In this document: one piece after another, positions 1-4,803 of the stretch
Layout: each line of letters starts with the position of its first letter
How positions within the stretch are numbered: position 1 is the stretch's first letter
Assembly: GCA_028713935.1 (NCBI GenBank)
Contig: JAQTNI010000060.1
Coordinates: 1 to 5,049, forward strand
DNA: 5,049 nucleotides
Direction: 5' to 3'
Source: Candidatus Iainarchaeum sp.
GTDB taxonomy: Archaea > Iainarchaeota > Iainarchaeia > Iainarchaeales > GCA-2688035
The notes under the pieces: generated by a model
What the model saw: the letters and a program-made list of their open reading frames with translations, nothing else
What the model was told of the DNA's origin: nothing
Database searches by the model: none
Made by a program: the position numbers and the translations under genes

Positions 1-358
1 CAAGGGCAAAATCAAAAACACTGTTTTTGAAAGGAAGATTCTGAATGTCCGCAACAACAAGCAGGGGCTCAGAGCCCATCTTTTTTGACAGCTGCCTCGC
101 ATTGAGCAGGTTTTCCTTGAGAATATCAACGCCTATGACCAAAGAAAAATTTTTGGAAAGGACAGGAAGCATTGCACCGCAGCCACAACCAAGGTCAACT
201 GCGACAGAATCCCTTTTTTTTCCAAAAAAAGAGGCAATTGTCAGCCCCAAATCTGCCATCCTTAACCTGTGCTCAAAGGCAATAAAAGAATGCTCATTGT
301 AGGCATAAGAACTGGCAAGAGCCCTTGAAAACAGGTCATCCGGCGGGAATTTTCGCAT
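1..358 (-). CDS. Class I SAM-dependent methyltransferase (N-terminal part; C-terminus runs off the left edge)
   Basis: Absent from the supplied ORF track because it has no stop in the window. Reverse complement from the ATG (complement of 356-358) reads without a stop: MRKFPPDDLFSRALASSYAYNEHSFIAFEHRLRMADLGLTIASFFGKKRDSVAVDLGCGCGAMLPVLSKNFSLVIGVDILKENLLNARQLSKKMGSEPLLVVADIQNLPFKNSVFDFAL. VDLGCGCG is the SAM-binding glycine loop (motif I). GVDI is the acidic post-I loop. ADIQNLPF..FDFA is the motif II/III region typical of Methyltransf_11/25-type enzymes. Confidence 0.85.
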   Translation of the reverse strand, partial: MRKFPPDDLFSRALASSYAYNEHSFIAFEHRLRMADLGLTIASFFGKKRDSVAVDLGCGCGAMLPVLSKNFSLVIGVDILKENLLNARQLSKKMGSEPLLVVADIQNLPFKNSVFDFAL

Positions 359-432
359 AATACAAAATTAAAACAAAAAGGCTTTAAAAACAGCCCGCCT
401 TTTAATTTATAAGGGGTTTTTTTATAAGGCTC
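359..432. promoter_or_regulatory. Divergent intergenic/promoter region between the methyltransferase and GT2 genes
   Basis: This 74-bp AT-rich spacer lies between two divergently oriented start codons (358 minus, 433 plus). On the minus strand, TTTTTAAA (plus coordinates 390-383) lies about 25-32 nt upstream of the minus-strand ATG. On the plus strand, TTTTAATTTATAAGG (400-414) lies about 20-33 nt upstream of GTG 433. TTTATAAGG occurs twice (406-414 and 421-429). There is a weak 7-bp inverted repeat, AAAAGGC (376-382) / GCCTTTT (397-403). Confidence 0.4.
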
Positions 433-1377
433 GTGGTATTAATTCCTGCTTTTAACGAAGAAAAAACAATTGCCCGGGTAATAAAAGAAATTCCCAAAAA
501 AATTTTGGGGATAGGCGAAATAAAAATAATTGTGGTGAACGACGGGAGTTCAGACAGGACAATTGAAGAGGCAAAAAAAGCAGGGGCAGGCCTGGTTGTT
601 TCACATGAATCCAACAAGGGCCTGGGCGTTGCGTTCAGGACTGGAATCGAAAATGCATTAAAGGCTGGCGCTGACATTATTGTGAACATAGATGCCGACA
701 TGCAGTTCAATCCAAAAGACATTCCAAAAATAATACGGCCGATTCTTGATGGAAAGGCCGATTTTGTAACATGCACGAGATTCAAGGACAAAACGATTTC
801 CCCAGAAATGCCGTTCATCAAGAAATTCGGCAACAATGTTTTTACAAAACTGATTTCAATTCTTGCAAAGCAGAAATTTACAGACACGCAGTGCGGGTTC
901 AGGGCATACAGCAGGGAAACGGCACTGCACCTCAATCTCTTCGGAAAGCACACTTATACCCAGGAGGCATTGCTTGACGCAATTGAAAAAGGAATGCGCA
1001 TTGTGGAAGTCCCCTGCGTAGTGAAAGGCCAGCGCGAAGGAAAATCAAGGGTGGTTGAAAACTGGTTTGCTTATTCCACAAAAGCCCTGCTGATAATCAT
1101 AAGGACAGTGCGGGACCACAGGCCATTGGAATTCTTTGGAGGCATGGGTTTTGCATTGTTTGCAGCAGGAACAATAAGCGCACTATGGCTCTGGGCAAGG
1201 CTGCTTGCCGAACACATAATAGACCCTTTCATGTGGGTGGCATATGCGGATGTCATATTGATTGTCCTTGGGTTTCTTCTGGCTGTCCTGGCAATGATTG
1301 CCGACATGAACTCGCGGCAGAGAAAACTCACAGAAGAAATCCTTTACCGCATAAAAAAGCAGGAATTTGAAAAATAA
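433..1377 (+). CDS. Family 2 glycosyltransferase, polyprenyl/dolichyl-phosphate sugar synthase-like (DPM1/GtrB/ArnC-type), with a C-terminal two-helix membrane anchor
   Basis: 314-aa ORF. GTG 433 is the first canonical start after the in-frame stop at 403-405. GT-A hallmarks: VLIPAFNEE at the N-terminus, VVNDGSSDRT, the DXD motif NIDADMQF (GAT GCC GAC at 691-699), and TDTQCGFRAY. Two hydrophobic C-terminal segments (FFGGMGFALFAAGTISALWLWARLL and WVAYADVILIVLGFLLAVLAMIADM) match the anchor seen in polyprenyl-phosphate glycosyltransferases. Stop TAA at 1375-1377. Confidence 0.9.
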   Translation: MVLIPAFNEEKTIARVIKEIPKKILGIGEIKIIVVNDGSSDRTIEEAKKAGAGLVVSHESNKGLGVAFRTGIENALKAGADIIVNIDADMQFNPKDIPKIIRPILDGKADFVTCTRFKDKTISPEMPFIKKFGNNVFTKLISILAKQKFTDTQCGFRAYSRETALHLNLFGKHTYTQEALLDAIEKGMRIVEVPCVVKGQREGKSRVVENWFAYSTKALLIIIRTVRDHRPLEFFGGMGFALFAAGTISALWLWARLLAEHIIDPFMWVAYADVILIVLGFLLAVLAMIADMNSRQRKLTEEILYRIKKQEFEK

Positions 1378-1381
1378 GGTG
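1376..1381 (+). promoter_or_regulatory. Shine-Dalgarno-like site for the GT4 gene
   Basis: AAGGTG lies 5 nt upstream of TTG 1387 and overlaps the GT2 stop codon. This is consistent with coupled translation. Confidence 0.5.
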
Positions 1382-1386
1382 TTTTT

Positions 1387-2571
1387 TTGAACATTCTTTT
1401 TTTGAGCTCATCCTACCCGATTTTTGTAAAAGGCCACTGGCAGAACTGGAGCCCAAGGCATGAAACAGCAAAAAGGCTTGTGGAAAAAGGCATAAATGTT
1501 TTTGTGGTGGCGCCGCACACGGAAGGCGCTGCTTTTGAAGAAACAATAGACGGAGTAAAAATTTACAGGTTTGGAAAAAATGCGCCACTTGATTTCAGGA
1601 GAATAAGCCCTTTCGCAGTGCCTGTATACATGCACCAGTTTTATTCAAAGGCAAAAAAAGTCTGCGGGAAAAACAAAATAAGCCTGGTCCATGGCTTTTG
1701 GGCAATTCCAAGCGGAACAATAGCGGCAAGAATTGCAAAAGAATGCAAAATCCCGGGCATTGTTGAGCTTCTCGGAAGCGATGTGTTCCTGGGCCTGAAA
1801 AATTTCCTTACAAAAGGGCTTGTAAAAAACGCGATTGAAAAGGCGGATTACGTTTTTGCAGACGGCTACAGCCTAATTGATTTTGCAAAAAGCAGGGGCA
1901 TTAAAATCAGCAGAAGCTTCGTGCACTTCTACGAGCCTGAAATGCATGACCCTTCAAAGGAAAAAATACTTGAAATGAGAAAAAAATGGGGAATTGGCGA
2001 TAATGATTTTGTGCTAATGGTCAGCAGGTTCAAGGGAAAAATTTACGGCGCGGAATACGCGATAAGGGCCATGCCCGAAATACTGAAGGCGGTTCCAAAT
2101 GCAAAATTGCTTCTTGTTGGAAAAGCAGGGGATTATGAAAAGGCAATCGAGGAAGAAATAAAAAAATCAGGCGCAGAAAAAAACATTTCAAAAACAGGGT
2201 TTCTTGACAAGCAAGAATACTGGTGCGCATTAAAAATTTCAGATATCTACATAACACCTTCCCTTTCAGACAGCACTTCTGTGGGATTGCTTGAGGCAAT
2301 GTTTGCCGAAAAGCCAATTATTGCAACAGGCATAGGGGACAATCCATACTGGGTAAAAAACAATTCAAACGGAAAAATAATTCTCCCTGCAGACAGCCCG
2401 GAAATTGCCAGGGCAGTCATTGAACTTAAAAATTCGGATTTATCAAAAATCGGCGCTGCAAACAAAAAAAGCCTGGAAAAAGAGCACTGCACCTGGAAGG
2501 AAATAATAGAAAAATACATTGAAATATATGAAACCTGCATCAAGGAAAAACAAAGCCTTGGCAAAAATTAG
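1387..2571 (+). CDS. Family 4 (GT-B fold, GT1 superfamily) glycosyltransferase
   Basis: 394-aa ORF with a TTG start. The N-terminus MNILFLSSSYP is the usual GT4 first beta-strand/loop, which supports the TTG start. The C-terminal half carries the GT4 signature region PSLSDSTSVGLLEAMFAEKPIIATGIGDNPYWVKNNSNGKII. This is a D-x7-E variant of the E-x7-E motif, followed by the nucleotide-sugar binding loop. Stop TAG at 2569-2571. Confidence 0.9.
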   Translation: MNILFLSSSYPIFVKGHWQNWSPRHETAKRLVEKGINVFVVAPHTEGAAFEETIDGVKIYRFGKNAPLDFRRISPFAVPVYMHQFYSKAKKVCGKNKISLVHGFWAIPSGTIAARIAKECKIPGIVELLGSDVFLGLKNFLTKGLVKNAIEKADYVFADGYSLIDFAKSRGIKISRSFVHFYEPEMHDPSKEKILEMRKKWGIGDNDFVLMVSRFKGKIYGAEYAIRAMPEILKAVPNAKLLLVGKAGDYEKAIEEEIKKSGAEKNISKTGFLDKQEYWCALKISDIYITPSLSDSTSVGLLEAMFAEKPIIATGIGDNPYWVKNNSNGKIILPADSPEIARAVIELKNSDLSKIGAANKKSLEKEHCTWKEIIEKYIEIYETCIKEKQSLGKN

Positions 2572-2606
2572 TTTATGAAACACTGGAATTTTAAAAAAAT
2601 ATTAAA

Positions 2607-2711
2607 ATGCAAAACCCAATCTTAAAATATCTTACGCCCAATCAAATATACAAGGCAAACAAAAAAAGCCATGGAAAATACTGCAGCGGGCCAATATGCC
2701 ATAAGGCTTGA
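2607..2711 (+). CDS. Candidate small ORF (34 aa) directly upstream of the radical SAM gene; speculative
   Basis: ATG 2607 to TGA 2709-2711 gives MQNPILKYLTPNQIYKANKKSHGKYCSGPICHKA. It ends 6 nt before the radical SAM ATG and is in the same frame. The peptide is basic with a C-terminal C-x4-C. No convincing Shine-Dalgarno site is present. In AT-rich sequence a 34-codon open stretch is not statistically remarkable. Confidence 0.2.
   Translation: MQNPILKYLTPNQIYKANKKSHGKYCSGPICHKA
2615..2651. repeat. Two-copy direct repeat CCCAATC-(0-2 nt)-AAA(A)TAT
   Basis: Copy 1 is CCCAATCTTAAAATATC (2615-2631) and copy 2 is CCCAATCAAATATAC (2637-2651). The copy starts are 22 bp apart, about two helical turns. 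Each copy abuts a TATA-like A/T block. Confidence 0.5.
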
Positions 2712-2717
2712 TTTTTT

Positions 2718-3776
2718 ATGAAAAAAGGGATAACTGGAATTTTCAAGGCTTCAAAAATTGCGAAGCAGGTGCTGATAAGCAAGATTACAGGGAAAAGGAT
2801 TCCAATTGCTGTGAACTTTCACCTGAATACAGACTGCAACCTGAGATGCAAATATTGCTATGCAAACGTTGACAGCAGGTTTGATTCGCATCCCGTGGAT
2901 TTGAACACTGAACAGGTTCTGGGCCTGATTGATGAAATGTACAAGGCGGGAACAAGATGGCTCATTCTTCTCGGGGGAGAACCATTGCTCAGGCAGGACA
3001 TAGGGGAGATTGTTGCGCATATAAAAAAGAAAGGCATTATCTGCGAAATTGTCACAAACGGAACTCTCGTAAAAAACAGGATTGACGCGATAAAGGATGT
3101 TGATTTGCTTTGCGTAAGCTGTGACGGTGACGAGATTGCAAATGACATTATGCGCGGTAACGGGACTTATAAGAAAATAGTCGAAGGAATAGGGGCGGCA
3201 AGTGCAAACGGGATTAACATAAGGATTCATGCGGTTCTTTCCCGCCATAACATAAATAAAAAGGCGCTTGACAGCCTTGTGGAACTGGCTGAAAAAAACA
3301 GGGCGACCCTTGGCTATTCAGTTGCAATAACCCACGAGTATAACAATATGCCAGAACTTAATGTTCCGGACAATGAAACAAGGGAATTCTGGAAAATGCT
3401 GAAGGAATACAAAAAAAAGGGAAAACCTGTTTACAACACCATTGCAGTGCTTGATTATCTTCTTGGCTGGCCAATTTCTTACCAAAAGGTAATAAAAAAA
3501 ATGGAAGACTGGCCTGACAAAAAATTCAGGCCAAGGCCTTGTTTTGCCGGCAAAAGAATGTGTTACATTGACTGCCAGGGTTTTGTGTATCCCTGCATTG
3601 TCCTTGGCGTTAAAAAAGGCCTTAATGTAAAAGAAGTCGGATTCAAAAAGGCATGGGATGCATTGGAATCTTTCAGCTGCGGAGCATGCGGTTTTCCGCA
3701 GTATATCGAGACAAACAATGTCCTTGATTTAAAGGCCCACAGCATTCTTCTGGGGTTAAAGACTTTTTTGAAATAA
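2718..3776 (+). CDS. Radical SAM enzyme with a truncated SPASM/twitch-like auxiliary Fe-S domain
   Basis: 352-aa ORF. The canonical CX3CX2C cluster motif is in NFHLNTDCNLRCKYCY (C40/C44/C47; TGC at 2835-2837 and 2856-2858). The GGEPLL SAM-binding motif is in LILLGGEPLLRQD. The C-terminus has six further Cys: CFAGKRMCYIDCQGFVYPC (which fits CX9-15GX4C) and then CGAC. Stop TAA at 3774-3776. Confidence 0.9.
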   Translation: MKKGITGIFKASKIAKQVLISKITGKRIPIAVNFHLNTDCNLRCKYCYANVDSRFDSHPVDLNTEQVLGLIDEMYKAGTRWLILLGGEPLLRQDIGEIVAHIKKKGIICEIVTNGTLVKNRIDAIKDVDLLCVSCDGDEIANDIMRGNGTYKKIVEGIGAASANGINIRIHAVLSRHNINKKALDSLVELAEKNRATLGYSVAITHEYNNMPELNVPDNETREFWKMLKEYKKKGKPVYNTIAVLDYLLGWPISYQKVIKKMEDWPDKKFRPRPCFAGKRMCYIDCQGFVYPCIVLGVKKGLNVKEVGFKKAWDALESFSCGACGFPQYIETNNVLDLKAHSILLGLKTFLK

Positions 3777-3777
3777 A

Positions 3778-3782
3778 GAGGG
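3778..3782 (+). promoter_or_regulatory. Shine-Dalgarno site for the Cys-rich protein gene
   Basis: GAGGG lies 5 nt upstream of ATG 3788 and starts 2 nt after the radical SAM stop codon. Confidence 0.6.
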
Positions 3783-3787
3783 AACAA

Positions 3788-4801
3788 ATGAATGCTTATT
3801 GTGAAACGGATTTTAAAAATTTTTCAGTAAAAAAAGGCGGGAAAACCTTTTGCCATGCGGATTTTGACAATGGGCTCTGCTTTTCCGCCTTGTATTCCGC
3901 AGTGCCTTACCTGTTAAGCTTTTCAAGAGGGTCCTGGTTCAGCTGGGAAAAGGATAAAAATGCAGTGACTGCGGTATGTTCCGCTGGAATAATTGCCATG
4001 GAAATAAGAAAGCTTGAAAATAAAATGCAAATCCGGATAACAAAATCCTTTGGAAACTGCGCCAGAAACCACAAAGAGGGGGATTTGTTTTTTGCAAATA
4101 AAAAGGATTTTGATTGGAATGCGTTCAATTCAATTTTTCCGTTTTTGTTTGTTGGCACAAAAAAAACAAAAATTAAAATTTGCGCCAGCGATTCTGATGA
4201 AGCCTTTGAATTTTCAGGCCTTTGCAAAAAAAAAGATTCTTTTACAGGCGCCTGCGGCTTGAACAGCAGTATTAAGGAAAATGCCAGCGTAAGAGTTTCG
4301 GGAATGGCAAGAAAATGCAGGTACCAGAAAAAGGCAGGCCAAAGGTATTCCTTTGAAGAACTGATGCCAAAAAATTTCTGTGCTTTTGCATACTGCTCGG
4401 CCTATCCCCTTGCGCTTTCCCTTATTTACAATGGCAGGCCTCTTGGCTTGGATTCAAGAATTGTTTTCTGCCCCGGCTGCAGCAACAGGGTTAAAATGGA
4501 AATTTTTACAAGGCAGAGAAGAATGGCACCTGTTTACAACTTGGCTGAAAAGGCATTCAGATTTTTTGGAATTCCACAGGATGTAATCGAGAGAAAAGCA
4601 GTGGCGAGGGCTGTTGAAGTGACCGGGAAATGCCCTGCCGGAATAAAAAAGGGATTTGAAATAGAATTCAATTTTAATGACCAAAAAAAAATTTGCCCTG
4701 CATCGCTGTATACTCTTCTGCCACTGTTGGCAGGGGAAGGCGAAGGCGAAAAGTGCTCTTGCCCGAGCATTTTGTGCAGGGTAGAATACGAGGTAAAATA
4801 A
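3788..4801 (+). CDS. Cysteine-rich protein of unknown function with four tandem TIGR04076-like modules
   Basis: 337-aa ORF with a good SD site and 18 Cys (5.3%). There is no signal peptide or obvious TM segment. Four internally homologous modules are visible: residues 1-77, 80-143, 166-243 and 272-337. From memory, the shared pattern resembles the ~90-aa TIGR04076 family. That pattern is G/K-x-C, then K-x-G-x-x-F/Y, then a Cys followed by a hydrophobic Pro-containing helix, then Gly, then a late Cys and a beta-strand ending in E. An HMM search is needed to confirm the family. Stop TAA at 4799-4801. Confidence 0.8.
   Translation: MNAYCETDFKNFSVKKGGKTFCHADFDNGLCFSALYSAVPYLLSFSRGSWFSWEKDKNAVTAVCSAGIIAMEIRKLENKMQIRITKSFGNCARNHKEGDLFFANKKDFDWNAFNSIFPFLFVGTKKTKIKICASDSDEAFEFSGLCKKKDSFTGACGLNSSIKENASVRVSGMARKCRYQKKAGQRYSFEELMPKNFCAFAYCSAYPLALSLIYNGRPLGLDSRIVFCPGCSNRVKMEIFTRQRRMAPVYNLAEKAFRFFGIPQDVIERKAVARAVEVTGKCPAGIKKGFEIEFNFNDQKKICPASLYTLLPLLAGEGEGEKCSCPSILCRVEYEVK
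4790..4794 (+). promoter_or_regulatory. Shine-Dalgarno site for the epimerase/dehydratase gene
   Basis: GAGGT lies 9 nt upstream of ATG 4804, inside the end of the preceding gene. Confidence 0.55.
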
Positions 4802-4803
4802 GT

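Larger units (their letters stand above)
2572..2717 (+). promoter_or_regulatory. AT-rich spacer, the only sizeable gap in the co-directional array; probable internal promoter/leader for the radical SAM sub-operon
   Basis: 146 bp with no long ORF. Contains several TATA-like stretches (TTTAAAAAAATATTAAAA 2590-2607, TTAAAATAT 2622-2630, AAATATAC 2644-2651) and a direct repeat. A weak AAGG (2703-2706) lies 11 nt before ATG 2718. No promoter element can be assigned with certainty. Confidence 0.35.

Noticed and set aside
45-302. 85-aa plus-strand ORF in the track
   Set aside because: It lies entirely antisense to the minus-strand methyltransferase reading frame, which has clear SAM-binding motifs. 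The ORF's own product is low-complexity with no recognisable motif, so it is a shadow ORF.
376-403. Inverted repeat AAAAGGC...GCCTTTT as a possible terminator hairpin
   Set aside because: The stem is only 7 bp, A/T-heavy, with a 14-nt loop. It lies between two gene starts rather than after a gene end. At most it is an operator-like palindrome, noted under the divergent promoter.
2575-2625. 16-aa ORF MKHWNFKKILKCKTQS starting 3 nt after the GT4 stop
   Set aside because: It is too short, has no ribosome-binding site, and is made largely of the A/T-rich TATA-like stretch. It cannot be distinguished from chance.
2709-2711. TGA recoding (genetic code 4 or 25) that would fuse the 34-aa ORF in frame to the radical SAM protein. 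None of the four complete genes here stops with TGA.
   Set aside because: About 1,390 sense codons in the four complete, motif-intact genes contain no in-frame TGA. Under a TGA-sense code several would be expected. The radical SAM N-terminus from ATG 2718 already has a normal length before the CX3CX2C motif. Four stop codons are too few to make the absence of TGA stops meaningful.
771-4586. Alternate-frame plus-strand ORFs (771-977, 1185-1370, 4050-4262, 4380-4586)
   Set aside because: They are nested out of frame within the GT2 and Cys-rich genes. They show no independent start signals or motifs, so they are most simply chance open frames.
4736-4750. Micro-repeat GAAGGC GAAGGC GAA encoding the EGEGE of the GEGEGE linker in module 4 of the Cys-rich protein
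   Set aside because: There are only about 2.5 units. It reads as a short acidic/Gly loop rather than a meaningful tandem repeat.
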